Notes: a model not told the origin generated them from the sequence alone. DNA of 64,000 bases from an uncultured Dehalococcoidaceae bacterium (GCA_964468755.1 CAYXWH010000002.1:5444-69443), one strand, 5' to 3'. Counted from the stretch's first letter, positions 16,295-26,217 are shown. Numbers and translations are program-made.

Positions 16295-18481
16295 CTATTC
16301 CACTTTCTCCAGTTTGGCAAAACTGAGCAGCAGCCGTTTTATCCCGGCACCATCAAAGGCGACCGCTACCTCGGCATCATCCTTTACCTTCCGGTAGCTC
16401 ACCACCATGCCGCTGCCAAACCGGTCGTGGTACACATGGTCGCCCACATTTAACTGGAGGGTAATTCCCTGGGGAGTGTGGGGCTTGTTCCGGGTAGCCA
16501 CCGGTTCTTCACCGGGATGAGGCTCGACTTCCCACAATGCGCTGCCGGCAATCAGGTGCGGCGGTACATCCTGCAAAAAGCGTGACGGGCGGTTTACCGT
16601 ACTGCTTCCCATCAGCAGGCGCCGGAAGGCACGTACCAGATAGACCCGCCGCTTGGCGCGGGTAATCCCCACGTAGCACAGTCGCCGTTCCTCTTCCAAC
16701 TGCTCCGGGTCATCAATCGATCTAATATGGGGCAGGATGCCATCTTCCATACCGACGATGAACACCACCGGGAATTCCAGCCCCTTCGCCTGGTGCAGGG
16801 TAATCAGGGTTACCGCGTCGGCACCAGTATCCAGTCCGTCCACATCGGACACCAGCGCCACCCCCTCGAGAAAGGCAGTCAGTCCTTCTTCCACAGGCAG
16901 GTCACGGTACTCCTGCATTACCGTTCGCAGTTCCAGAATATTCTCCCAGCGCTCCTCGCCGTCCACCATGCCCTGCACATACTTGTGGTAGCCGGACGAC
17001 TCCACCACCACGTCGAACAAATCAACCGGATTGAGCTCCCGGCTCCGGTCGACAAATCCCGCCATCATTTCGGCAAAGTCAATCAGCGACCTGGCAATAC
17101 GGGGGTTGAACGGTAACTGGCTCTCCCGGTCGCTGTTTGCCCTGGCTTCCGTCAGCATCTGCAACGCCCGGTACTCCGGCACTCCCTGATCCCGCGCCCA
17201 CTGCCCCAGCTCCGCCTGACTGCGCTGCCCGATACCGCGCGGCGGCACATTGATAATCCGCATCAGGCTGACACTGTCATACGGGTTCTGAATCAGCCGG
17301 AGGTAGGCAATGATATCCTTCACTTCACGTCGCTCGTAGAAGCGGGTGCCGGCCACCAGACGGTAGGGCATGCCGTAGCGGATAAACGCCTCTTCCAGTA
17401 CTCTCGACTGAGCATTGGTGCGGTACATGACAGCACAGTCGCCCGGCCTGGCCTCCCCCCGCCGCACCAAGCTGTCAATTTCACTTACCACAAACTGGGC
17501 CTCTTCCTGCTCATTATAGGTCTCCACCACCTTCGGCGGCAGCCCTTCCTCATTCTGAGTCCACAGCTCTTTTGGCTTGCGCTGCTGGTTGGCGGCAATG
17601 ATATGAGAGGCCGCCTTCAGGATCATCCCGGTGGAGCGATAGTTCTGCTCCAGCAGGACCACCCGGGCATCGGGATAGTCCTGCTCAAAGTGAAGAATAT
17701 TACGCAGGTCAGCCGACCTCCAGGAGTAAATCGATTGGTCGGGGTCACCGACCACGCAGATGTTACGGTACTTGCCGGCGATTTGCTTCATCAGCTCATA
17801 CTGCACCAGGTTGGTATCCTGAAACTCGTCTACCAGCAGGTGGAGATACCGTGACTGGTATCGGGACAGTACCTCCGGGCTTTGCTGGAAGAGGTGAACC
17901 GTTCGCATGAGCAGGTCATCAAAGTCCAGCGCATTACTCCCGGTAAGCAGCTGCTGGTACCGCTCGTATACTCGCTGCACCACTTCCTCGAAGTAGCTGC
18001 CACTGCGCTGGAGATAGTCCGCCGGCGAGAGCAGGTTGCTTTTCGCCGCGTCTATGGCAGACTGGATAACCCGCGGGGCATATTGCTTGGGGTCAAGCCC
18101 CAGCGCCTCAAGACTGCGCTTGATAAGGCTTATCTGGTCGTCACTATCATAGATGACGAAATGGGGGTCAACGTTTATCACGGCACCATCGCGACGGAGG
18201 ATGCGGGCGCAGATAGCATGGAAGGTGCCAATGGTTAAATCAGACAGGGAACCACCCACCAGATGACGAAGTCGTTCTTCCATTTCGCGAGCCGCCTTAT
18301 TGGTAAAGGTGACCGCCATGATACGACGCGGATTTACCCCGCAGACCCGTATGAGGTAGGCGATTCGGTGGGTAATGACCCTGGTCTTGCCGCTACCCGG
18401 ACCGGCCAGAATCAGCACCGGCCCCTCAATCGTCTCTGCTGCCTGTCGCTGCGCGGGATTAAGGTCAGCCAGAATATCCAT
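16295..18481 (-). CDS. pcrA: ATP-dependent DNA helicase PcrA/UvrD (superfamily 1)
   Basis: LNPAQRQA, AGPGSGKTRVITHRIAYL, VDEFQDTN and TLHQAKGLEF helicase motifs. 728 aa. Confidence 0.9.
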   Translation of the reverse strand: MDILADLNPAQRQAAETIEGPVLILAGPGSGKTRVITHRIAYLIRVCGVNPRRIMAVTFTNKAAREMEERLRHLVGGSLSDLTIGTFHAICARILRRDGAVINVDPHFVIYDSDDQISLIKRSLEALGLDPKQYAPRVIQSAIDAAKSNLLSPADYLQRSGSYFEEVVQRVYERYQQLLTGSNALDFDDLLMRTVHLFQQSPEVLSRYQSRYLHLLVDEFQDTNLVQYELMKQIAGKYRNICVVGDPDQSIYSWRSADLRNILHFEQDYPDARVVLLEQNYRSTGMILKAASHIIAANQQRKPKELWTQNEEGLPPKVVETYNEQEEAQFVVSEIDSLVRRGEARPGDCAVMYRTNAQSRVLEEAFIRYGMPYRLVAGTRFYERREVKDIIAYLRLIQNPYDSVSLMRIINVPPRGIGQRSQAELGQWARDQGVPEYRALQMLTEARANSDRESQLPFNPRIARSLIDFAEMMAGFVDRSRELNPVDLFDVVVESSGYHKYVQGMVDGEERWENILELRTVMQEYRDLPVEEGLTAFLEGVALVSDVDGLDTGADAVTLITLHQAKGLEFPVVFIVGMEDGILPHIRSIDDPEQLEEERRLCYVGITRAKRRVYLVRAFRRLLMGSSTVNRPSRFLQDVPPHLIAGSALWEVEPHPGEEPVATRNKPHTPQGITLQLNVGDHVYHDRFGSGMVVSYRKVKDDAEVAVAFDGAGIKRLLLSFAKLEKVE

Positions 18482-18540
18482 CTGGTCTCATTATAGCATT
18501 TATACCGTTGCCGACACCAAGCCACCCACTGTACTACCCC

Positions 18541-18569
18541 TTGATTTTACCGCTTCCATTGGCTATACT
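18541..18569 (+). promoter_or_regulatory. Sigma70-type promoter (TTGATT-17-TATACT)
   Basis: TTGATT at 18541-18546, a 17-nt spacer, then TATACT at 18564-18569, upstream of the lipoprotein gene at 18628. Confidence 0.45.
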
Positions 18570-18627
18570 GCTCAATACATTCACCACTGGATGACCGGAT
18601 ACACTACGGGGGAGGAGGTAGGTAATC

Positions 18628-19401
18628 ATGAAAAGGAAACTATGGTTACTCATCGGTCTGAGTCTGGTTCTGGTACTGGTTGCCACCGGGGCAGCGGGCT
18701 GTGATAGCATTGCCCCACCATCCCGGACCACCGCCAGCAGCGGCTTCGTGCTCAGTCAGCAGAACACGGGAATCTGGGTATCCGGTGAGGGCAAGGTCAG
18801 CGTTGTCCCTGATGTGGCGGTCCTGAACCTGGGGGTGGAAGCTCAGGCAGCTACCGTTGACGAGGCACAGGCCCAGGCAGCCATCGCCATGGACGCCGTT
18901 ATGCGGGAGCTGGACAGTTACAACGTCGCCGAGAAGGATATCAAGACACAGGTATTCCGCATCTACCCGGTAAGAAAATGGGTGCCGGAACAAGAAAAAG
19001 AGGTGCTCATTGGCTACCGGGTGAATAACACGGTAACCGCCAAAATCAGGAAGGTGGAGGACGCCGGGCCCATCATTGATGCCGTAACCCGTGCCGGCGG
19101 CGACTACCTCCGTATTAACAGCGTCAGTTTTACCGTGGATGACCCCACCGCCTACCACCGGGAAGTCCGGGAACTGGCTATGGTCGATGCCGAGACCAAG
19201 GCAAAGCAACTGGCGGACCAAGCCGGTGTTGGCCTGGGCAAGCCAACTTATATCAATGAGAGCGGTGGAGTGGTCCCGCCTCGCTATTATCCCATAGCCG
19301 AAGCGGCTCCGGTACCAGCGCCCGCTCCAGCACCAACGCCGATTGCCCCGGGAGAAACCGAAATCCGCCTTACCGTACAGGTGGTCTACAGTATCGAATA
19401 G
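18628..19401 (+). CDS. SIMPL/DUF541-family lipoprotein
   Basis: Signal peptide ending in a lipobox-like TGAAGC. The body resembles the 26-kDa periplasmic immunogenic protein family (GYRVNNTVTAKIR..., RINSVSFTVDD, GETEIRLTVQVVY). Confidence 0.7.
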   Translation: MKRKLWLLIGLSLVLVLVATGAAGCDSIAPPSRTTASSGFVLSQQNTGIWVSGEGKVSVVPDVAVLNLGVEAQAATVDEAQAQAAIAMDAVMRELDSYNVAEKDIKTQVFRIYPVRKWVPEQEKEVLIGYRVNNTVTAKIRKVEDAGPIIDAVTRAGGDYLRINSVSFTVDDPTAYHREVRELAMVDAETKAKQLADQAGVGLGKPTYINESGGVVPPRYYPIAEAAPVPAPAPAPTPIAPGETEIRLTVQVVYSIE

Positions 19402-19497
19402 CCGGAGCGCCGGTGAGGTAAATGCCTGATATTGCGCCTGTCGGTCAATAGGTGATAAAATAATGGTAGCCTGGTTTTTATGTTAAGGAATTCAGCT

Positions 19498-20127
19498 GTG
19501 TTTACCGGCATTATCGAGGAAATCGGCAGGGTTGTCTCTGCTGCGCCAGGGAGTATGGTTATCGCTGCCCGACAGGTGTTAACCGGCGCAAGCCTGGGCA
19601 GCAGTATGGCAGTGAATGGCGCCTGCCTGACGGTGACCGGCTTTAACAGCACTACCTTTACCATTGATGTTATGCCGGAAACACTCAAACGGACCAACCT
19701 GGGCCGGCTCCATCCCGGCGACCCGGTCAATCTGGAAGGACCGCTGGCTCTGGGCGGACAGGTGGGTGGTCACCTGGTGCAGGGGCATGTGGATGCTACC
19801 GGACAGGTCGTCTCGATAACGCCCGAGGGTGAGGCACTACTGGTCAGGATTTCGGCGCCGTCCGAGGTGATGCGCTTTACCGTAGCCAAGGGATTTATCG
19901 CCGTCGACGGTATTAGTCTGACCATCGTGGACAAAGAAAGCTCCTCATTCCGGGTCTCAGTGGTTGACTACACCCGCCGAAACACCACGCTGGGCAGCCG
20001 CCAGGCGGGGGACATCGTCAACCTGGAAGTCGATATTATCGCCAAATACGTAGCTGAGTTCAGCCAGGTAAAAACTGCGGGTGTAACTGAGGACTTTCTT
20101 CAGGAACATGGCTTCCTGGTACGTTAA
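19498..20127 (+). CDS. ribE: Riboflavin synthase alpha chain
   Basis: V/MFTGIIEEIGRV N-terminus and duplicated lumazine-binding repeats. GTG 19498 is preceded by AAGGAA. The ORF track starts at ATG 19480. Confidence 0.85.
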   Translation: MFTGIIEEIGRVVSAAPGSMVIAARQVLTGASLGSSMAVNGACLTVTGFNSTTFTIDVMPETLKRTNLGRLHPGDPVNLEGPLALGGQVGGHLVQGHVDATGQVVSITPEGEALLVRISAPSEVMRFTVAKGFIAVDGISLTIVDKESSSFRVSVVDYTRRNTTLGSRQAGDIVNLEVDIIAKYVAEFSQVKTAGVTEDFLQEHGFLVR

Positions 20128-20157
20128 GCCACGCCGCGAATAAGTCAGGAGTAGTCG

Positions 20158-21381
20158 ATGGGAATAGTCAGTGTTCGAAAAGCCATTGAAGATATCAGGG
20201 CAGGCAAATTTGTCATCATTGTTGACGACGAAGATAGGGAGAATGAGGGCGACCTGGCCATAGCTGCCGAGAAGGTTACCCCGGAAATAGTTAACTTCAT
20301 GACCAAACACGCCCGGGGTCTCATCTGTATGCCATTAACCGGGCAGCGGCTGGATGAGCTAAAAATACCGATGATGGTAACCGAGAATACCTCGAAATTC
20401 ACTACCGCCTTTACCATTTCTATCGAAGCCAAGCACAAGGTAAGCACCGGGATATCTACCGCCGACAGGGCTGAGACGATACGAGCGGTAATTGACGCCA
20501 ATACCAGGCCCGATGATATCGCCCGGCCGGGACACATGTTCCCGCTACGGGCGAAGGAAGGCGGCGTCCTGTCCCGGGCGGGGCATACTGAGGCCATCGT
20601 AGACCTTGCCAGGCTGGCCGGTTTGTATCCGGCCGGGGTTATCTGCGAGATTCTAAATGAAGACGGCTCAATGGCACGGCTGCCCCAGCTTGAGGAAATG
20701 TCGGACAAATTCGGCATCAGTGTCGTGACCATCGCCGACCTTATTGCCTACCGCCACCGCCATGAAAAACTGGTAAAGCGGGGGCCTGAAGCCAACCTGC
20801 CCACACCCCATGGCGAGTTCACCATCATCGCCTACAAAAGCATTACCGACCCTGATGAACACTTAGCCCTGGTAAAAGGTGACATCGCTACCGAAGAACC
20901 GGTACTGGTCCGGGTGCACAGCCAGTGCCTGACCGGTGAGGTTTTCAGCAGCCTGCGCTGCGACTGCGGTGAGCAGATTACCATTGCCATGAAAATGATC
21001 GCCGAAGAAGGGCGGGGCGTCCTCCTCTACATGAGACAGGAGGGGCGGGGCATCGGTATTCACAACAAGATTAAAGCCTATGCCCTTCAGGACGAGGGCA
21101 TGGATACCGTGGAAGCTAACCTGTCCCTGGGCTTTGATGCCGATTTAAGAGACTACGGCATTGGCGCTCAGATACTGGCTGACCTTGGCCTGCATGATAT
21201 TCGTCTGCTGACCAACAACCCGAAAAAGGTAATCGGTCTGCAAAGCTACGGGTTAAAGGTAGTGGAAACGATACCCATTATTACCCAGCCGAATCCCTAT
21301 AACTGCCACTACCTGGAGACAAAACAGAAAAAGATGGGCCATCTCCTTGAAGTGCCGAAAATAACCGATACCCAGAACTAA
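20158..21381 (+). CDS. ribBA: Bifunctional 3,4-dihydroxy-2-butanone-4-phosphate synthase / GTP cyclohydrolase II
   Basis: DDEDRENEGDL (RibB) and VRVHSQCLTGEVF..CDCG (RibA zinc site). 407 aa. Confidence 0.9.
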   Translation: MGIVSVRKAIEDIRAGKFVIIVDDEDRENEGDLAIAAEKVTPEIVNFMTKHARGLICMPLTGQRLDELKIPMMVTENTSKFTTAFTISIEAKHKVSTGISTADRAETIRAVIDANTRPDDIARPGHMFPLRAKEGGVLSRAGHTEAIVDLARLAGLYPAGVICEILNEDGSMARLPQLEEMSDKFGISVVTIADLIAYRHRHEKLVKRGPEANLPTPHGEFTIIAYKSITDPDEHLALVKGDIATEEPVLVRVHSQCLTGEVFSSLRCDCGEQITIAMKMIAEEGRGVLLYMRQEGRGIGIHNKIKAYALQDEGMDTVEANLSLGFDADLRDYGIGAQILADLGLHDIRLLTNNPKKVIGLQSYGLKVVETIPIITQPNPYNCHYLETKQKKMGHLLEVPKITDTQN

Positions 21382-21403
21382 ATTATAAGATAAGGAGAAA
21401 GCA

Positions 21404-21871
21404 ATGGGTAAATGTTTTGAGGGCGTTCTGGTCGGGAAAGGACTGAGGTTTGGACTGGTCGTTTCCCGATATAATGAATTTTTCAGTCGGAAATTACTGG
21501 AAGGCGCCCAGGATGCGCTGACCCGTCATGGTGTCAGTGAAGATGATATAGAAATTGCCTGGACACCCGGCTCCTTTGAAATTCCCCAGATTGCCCAGAA
21601 ATTGGCACAGACCAAGAAGTATGACGCCATTGTCTGCCTGGGCGCGGTCATCCGGGGTGGGACGCCTCATTTCGATTACATCGCGGCTCAGGTTACCAAG
21701 GGTATCGCCACGGTCGGCTTGAACACCGGGCTGCCGGTCATCTACGGCGTTATCACCACTGATACCCTGGAACAAGCCATCGAGCGCTCCGGGACCAAAG
21801 CGGGCAACAAGGGCTTTGACGCTGCCGTAACCGCCATTGAAATGGCAAACCTGATGAAGTCAATAGGCTAA
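21404..21871 (+). CDS. ribH: 6,7-dimethyl-8-ribityllumazine synthase
   Basis: [20 protein letters not shown]-like WTPGSFEIP, and [13 protein letters not shown] motifs. Confidence 0.9.
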   Translation: MGKCFEGVLVGKGLRFGLVVSRYNEFFSRKLLEGAQDALTRHGVSEDDIEIAWTPGSFEIPQIAQKLAQTKKYDAIVCLGAVIRGGTPHFDYIAAQVTKGIATVGLNTGLPVIYGVITTDTLEQAIERSGTKAGNKGFDAAVTAIEMANLMKSIG

Positions 21872-22000
21872 CCATCCGCGAGTTTCCAGATTACGCACGG
21901 GACCTGCTCGCCGGTTAATCTTGTCTCCGCTAAAACATCCATCGGTTAACTCGCAAGATACCTAAAAACAGTCTGCCACACAGCGGGGACAGCGGCTCCA

Positions 22001-22252
22001 TCAGGTAACCTTATAGACGGTATCGCCCCGCCTTACCCGGTCAGGGACCTTGATCCCCACGGAATCCCCTGGCTTGGCTTCAGTGACATTCACGTTGTCA
22101 ATCTGCATCGAGTTGATTACCAGTTCCAGGTCGGTGGTATGTCCCTTTATCTGGATGGTGTCCCCCGCCTTCAAAGTCCCGATAAGCTCGATACCAGCTA
22201 CCACCGGGTGGGAAAAAAAGTCACTCACCTTACCAATTACTTCTTCCGGCAT
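22001..22252 (-). CDS. Small EF-Tu domain-2-like beta-barrel protein
   Basis: 83 aa. LKAGDTIQIKG...EAKPGDSVGIKV..RRGDTVYKV resembles the translation-factor domain II fold. Strong SD AAGGAGG before the ATG. Confidence 0.55.
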   Translation of the reverse strand: MPEEVIGKVSDFFSHPVVAGIELIGTLKAGDTIQIKGHTTDLELVINSMQIDNVNVTEAKPGDSVGIKVPDRVRRGDTVYKVT

Positions 22253-22386
22253 GGCCTCCCCTCCTTGGCGAATAGTACGGTCAAGCTTAGTTCTTTATTT
22301 CTAGGATTATACTGCCACATCTGGCATAAATCAATATCAGCAGGACACTATTTCATCCGGATAACCGCGAGGGCCCGTTTGCCTTT

Positions 22387-22415
22387 TTGACATACCCCCG
22401 GCTGAATCATATAAT
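22387..22415 (+). promoter_or_regulatory. Perfect-consensus sigma70 promoter (TTGACA-17-TATAAT)
   Basis: TTGACA at 22387-22392, exactly 17 nt, then TATAAT at 22410-22415. Confidence 0.6.
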
Positions 22416-22451
22416 AAACTCGATTATTCTTTTTCAATAAAGGTGGTAACC

Positions 22452-22673
22452 TTGGCAAACAGCGACGGGGTCGAAGAGGAACGAAAAACGAGTACGGAGC
22501 AACTCGAGAAGCGACTGGAGATGTTTGACCAGCGCCTCGATAATATCGATTCAGTGGTTTCAGCGCTGGTGGAACGGGTGATGAAGCAGCCCATCAGCCT
22601 GTACGTAACCTGCTCAAAATGCGGTCACAAAATGGAAATTGCCCTCATCGGCACGGAAAAGCCGAAAAAGTAG
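22452..22673 (+). CDS. Hypothetical small protein (coiled N-terminal half, single CxxC near the C-terminus)
   Basis: ORF 22443-22673 in the track. TTG 22452 lies 5 nt after AGGTGG. It sits behind the consensus promoter. I recognise no family. Confidence 0.4.
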   Translation: MANSDGVEEERKTSTEQLEKRLEMFDQRLDNIDSVVSALVERVMKQPISLYVTCSKCGHKMEIALIGTEKPKK

Positions 22674-22869
22674 CTCCGGTGCTCAAATGAGCGAGTATTC
22701 CCTCAGTCTGCATTCATTCTCCCCCCTTGCTGAATCCGTATCACCTGCCATCTCCGCTAGACAGACCACCAGAGCCCGCACCCTGAATATTTCTGACATT
22801 CGGTAAAATCCCTTGATGAACCATCATGACGATTAATGTTCACGCAATGTACCACGGAAAGGAACCCGA

Positions 22870-24288
22870 ATGCCTGAACTGCTCATAATCAGCCTCTATT
22901 TTCTGGCGATGCTGGCTATCGGGATAGTCAGCGCACGGAAAATAAAGCAGGCTGATGACTTCTTCGTTGCCGGCAGAAAGAGCTCCGTTTTCTTCGTCAC
23001 CGGGTCATTACTGGCAACCATTATCGGCGGTTCGGCGACAGTGGGCATGGCTGGCCTTGGCTTTCAGCAGGGATTGACCGGAATATGGTGGCTGCTGTCC
23101 GGCAGCATCGGGCTTATCTGCCTCGGACTCTTTTTCGCCGGAAAAGTCAGAAAACTCGCCCTCTACACCCTCCCCGAACTGGTCGCCAAACAGTATGACC
23201 GGCGTATGGCACTCGCCGCCTCAGTCCTCATTGTCATTGCCTGGATAGGGGTAACCGCCGCCCAGATTATCGCCGCCGGGAACATACTGGGCATTCTGGG
23301 AATCGGCTCCCCTATTCTGTGGATGGTCATTTTCGCCCTGGTCTTTATCGTCTACACCATGCTCGGCGGACAGTATGCCGTTATCCGCACCGACACCGTG
23401 CAGGCCGTCGTTATCTCGGCCGGTATCTTCGGCGGACTGGCGCTGCTGCTCTCCCGACTCGGAGGATTGACCAATTTGTTGAGCGCTTTGCCGCCGGAGC
23501 ACATCGCTTTCCCCCTGAGCCCGGATTTCGGCGGTGGCGATTTAATCTCTCTCCTGCTGGTGGTAGGGCTGACCTATGTTATCGGTCCGGACATGTTTTC
23601 CCGGCTGTTCTGTGCCCGAAACGAGCCAACCGCCAGGTCCGCCACCTTTTTGACCGCAGCATTAATCATCCCCATTGCCCTAGCAATCACCCTGATTGGC
23701 ATGGGGGCGGCAGTCCTGTTCCCGCAGATTTCACCGGAACAGGCTTTGCCCACCGTAATCAGCGAACTGTTTTCCCCACTGGTCGGCGGACTGGTCCTCG
23801 CCGCCCTGCTCTGCGCGGTAATGTCTTCAGCCGATACCACACTGCTCAGCGCCAGCACCATACTGACCGTGGACATACTGGGATGGTTGAAGCCGGCGCG
23901 GAAACCGGGAGAAGTCCTGCCCCGTTCCCGCTGGGTCATCGCCCTGCTGGGTATCTGCTCCCTGCTGGTAGCGCTTATGCTGAAAGGGGTAATCAGCGCC
24001 CTCCTTTTCGCCTACACGGTCTACACCTGCGGGATAATCCTGCCGGTTATTGCCGGTTTTTTCAAAGACCGGCTCAAGGTAACCGCCACCGGGGCACTGG
24101 CGGCACTCATCGGGGGCGGCGTCACCGGGCTGCTCAGCAAACTGCTACCGGTGCCGTATCTTGACCTGGGAGCACTGGCACTCAGCATGACGCTCCTCTT
24201 TCTGGTCAGCTTTATTGAGAACCGCATGACCCGCGGGAACAGCCCCGGCATCCAGACAACCGGGGCGCCACAGGATCTCAACAGGTAA
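22870..24288 (+). CDS. Sodium:solute symporter family (SSF) transporter
   Basis: 472-aa polytopic protein. The N-terminal FFVAGR and GGSATVGMAG pattern is typical of SSF (PanF/PutP-like). Substrate unknown. Confidence 0.8.
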   Translation: MPELLIISLYFLAMLAIGIVSARKIKQADDFFVAGRKSSVFFVTGSLLATIIGGSATVGMAGLGFQQGLTGIWWLLSGSIGLICLGLFFAGKVRKLALYTLPELVAKQYDRRMALAASVLIVIAWIGVTAAQIIAAGNILGILGIGSPILWMVIFALVFIVYTMLGGQYAVIRTDTVQAVVISAGIFGGLALLLSRLGGLTNLLSALPPEHIAFPLSPDFGGGDLISLLLVVGLTYVIGPDMFSRLFCARNEPTARSATFLTAALIIPIALAITLIGMGAAVLFPQISPEQALPTVISELFSPLVGGLVLAALLCAVMSSADTTLLSASTILTVDILGWLKPARKPGEVLPRSRWVIALLGICSLLVALMLKGVISALLFAYTVYTCGIILPVIAGFFKDRLKVTATGALAALIGGGVTGLLSKLLPVPYLDLGALALSMTLLFLVSFIENRMTRGNSPGIQTTGAPQDLNR

Positions 24289-24311
24289 CTGGCGCCATAA
24301 ATCCATCGCAA

Positions 24312-24340
24312 TTGCACTCGCCGCCGCTCACTGCTATAAT
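24312..24340 (+). promoter_or_regulatory. Sigma70-type promoter for thrS (TTGCAC-17-TATAAT)
   Basis: TTGCAC at 24312-24317, a 17-nt spacer, then TATAAT at 24335-24340. Confidence 0.5.
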
Positions 24341-24357
24341 TGAACGTGTAAGCAACG

Positions 24358-24388
24358 CCTCTCGTTCTCCCTACAGGTGAGAGGTTTT
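24358..24388 (+). promoter_or_regulatory. Terminator-like hairpin in the thrS 5' leader
   Basis: CCTCTC (24358-24363) pairs with GAGAGG (24379-24384) and is followed by TTTT (24385-24388). It lies between the predicted promoter and GTG 24420. Confidence 0.35.
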
Positions 24389-24419
24389 CATTATATAAGG
24401 TAAGGAAACGGTTTTAGCA

Positions 24420-26171
24420 GTGTCTTCAGACGAGTCAGAGCAGCAAAAGCTGGAAATAGTCAGGCATTCTGCGTCTCACGTCATGGCCGAGGCGGTTCAG
24501 TCCATTTTCCCCGATGCCAGGTTTGGCATCGGCCCCGCCATTGAAGATGGGTTTTACTATGACTTTGACCTGCCCCGCACCCTGAGCCCCGATGATTTAC
24601 CGATTATAGAGAAGAAGATGAAGGAAATCATCGCGGCTGACCTGCCCTTTGACCACCGGGAAGCATCCAAGGAAGAAGCCAGGACCATCTTCGCCAATCA
24701 GCCGTACAAACTGGAGTTGGTTGAGGACATTCCCGACGAGAAGGTCAGTATTTACCAGCAGGGCAACTTCGTTGATTTATGCCGGGGTCCCCACGTCAGC
24801 TCCACCGGGCAAGTTCAAGCCTTCAAACTGCTCAGCATTGCCGGCGCCTACTGGCGGGGTGACGAAAGACAGCCCATGCTGCAACGGATTTACGGCGTCG
24901 CCTTTGCCACCGAAGAAGCCCTCACCGATTATTTGCACAAGCTCGATGAAGCCAGCCGGCGCGACCACCGCAAGCTGGGGAAGGAACTTGACCTGTTCAG
25001 TATCCACGAGGAAGCCGGGCCGGGACTGGTCCACTGGCATCCCCGGGGAGCCGCCATACGCCGTGTAATCGAGGACTTCTGGAAAGAAACACACATCAGG
25101 CACGGCTATGATATTGTCTACACCCCGCACATCGCCAAGGCTGACCTGTGGAAAACCAGCGGTCACTGGGAATTCTACCGCGAGAACATGTACAGCCCGA
25201 TGGAAATAGACGAGCAACTCTACGTGCTCAAGCCAATGAACTGCGCCGCGCATATTCTAATCTACAAGACCAGACTGCGCAGCTACCGGGAATTGCCCAT
25301 CCGCTACGCCGAACTGGGCACGGTCTACCGCTATGAGCGCTCCGGCGTGCTGCACGGACTGGCCCGGGTGCGAGGATTCACCCAGGACGACGCCCATATT
25401 TTCTGTCGCTTCGACCAGCTGGAAGAGGAAGTGTCCGGGGTGTTGAGGTTAACCCGGTTTATGATGGAGACCTTCGGTTTTACCAAATACAAGGTGCTGC
25501 TTTCCACCCGACCGGAAAAGTATGCCGGTGAGCTACAGATGTGGGAAGATGCCACGGATATATTACGCCGGTCATTGGAGAACTGCGGTATCAACTATGA
25601 GATTGACCCGGGAGAAGGGGTTTTTTATGGGCCCAAAATAGACACCAAGATTGAAGACGCCCTGGGCAGGCCCTGGCAGGGACCCACGGTTCAGGTGGAT
25701 TTCAACCTGCCCCAGAGGTTCAACGTCACCTATATCGGCGCCGACAGCCAGGAGCACCTGGTAGCCATGGTGCACCGCACCGTGCTGGGCAGCATGGAAC
25801 GCTTTCTGGCTTCACTTATTGAGCACTACGGGGGTGCCTTCCCGGTATGGCTGGCACCGGTGCAGGTACGAATAATACCGGTGGCAGACCGGCACCTGGA
25901 CTACTCCCGTACCATAGAAGCGGAACTAAAGACCGAAGGAATACGGGTGGAAGTGGACGAGCGCTCGGAACGGATAAACCAGAAAATCCGTCAGGCACAA
26001 CTGGAAAAGGTGCCCTATATGCTGATTGTCGGCGACAAAGAGGTGGGCGCGGCTACGTTATCGGTTCGCCTGCGCAGCGGCGAGCAGATGGCAGGCCAGT
26101 CCCTTGAAAATTTCAAGAAAAGGGTATGCAAAGCCATCGCCGAACGGGCAATAGAGATTGGCGCCGATTAG
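24420..26171 (+). CDS. thrS: Threonyl-tRNA synthetase (short form lacking the N-terminal TGS domain)
   Basis: HSASHVMA editing-domain motif within the first 25 aa, class II motifs (RGFTQDDAHIF, HRTVLGSMERF), and an anticodon-binding C-terminus. 583 aa. Confidence 0.9.
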   Translation: MSSDESEQQKLEIVRHSASHVMAEAVQSIFPDARFGIGPAIEDGFYYDFDLPRTLSPDDLPIIEKKMKEIIAADLPFDHREASKEEARTIFANQPYKLELVEDIPDEKVSIYQQGNFVDLCRGPHVSSTGQVQAFKLLSIAGAYWRGDERQPMLQRIYGVAFATEEALTDYLHKLDEASRRDHRKLGKELDLFSIHEEAGPGLVHWHPRGAAIRRVIEDFWKETHIRHGYDIVYTPHIAKADLWKTSGHWEFYRENMYSPMEIDEQLYVLKPMNCAAHILIYKTRLRSYRELPIRYAELGTVYRYERSGVLHGLARVRGFTQDDAHIFCRFDQLEEEVSGVLRLTRFMMETFGFTKYKVLLSTRPEKYAGELQMWEDATDILRRSLENCGINYEIDPGEGVFYGPKIDTKIEDALGRPWQGPTVQVDFNLPQRFNVTYIGADSQEHLVAMVHRTVLGSMERFLASLIEHYGGAFPVWLAPVQVRIIPVADRHLDYSRTIEAELKTEGIRVEVDERSERINQKIRQAQLEKVPYMLIVGDKEVGAATLSVRLRSGEQMAGQSLENFKKRVCKAIAERAIEIGAD

Positions 26172-26217
26172 CACACCATGACGGTTCTGGCAAATAAGCG
26201 TACGGAACATTTTCGGG

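Noticed and set aside
16243-16320. N-terminal extensions offered by the ORF track for mutL (16320), ispG (35012), dxr (37233), the crp-like gene (38826), ftsH (47803), dctM (51066), the ligase (52460) and the 39299 ORF.
   Set aside because: In each case the conserved family N-terminus begins at a downstream ATG or GTG preceded by a Shine-Dalgarno sequence. The extension overlaps an upstream gene, a promoter or a terminator.
19402-19497. Looked for an FMN riboswitch upstream of ribE-ribBA-ribH.
   Set aside because: The spacer is only ~80-95 nt. It lacks the conserved FMN-element core that I remember (AGGATAGTCTTCGGGGCAGGGTGAAATTCCCGACCGGCGGT-like). No riboswitch can be supported. ribD is also not in this window.
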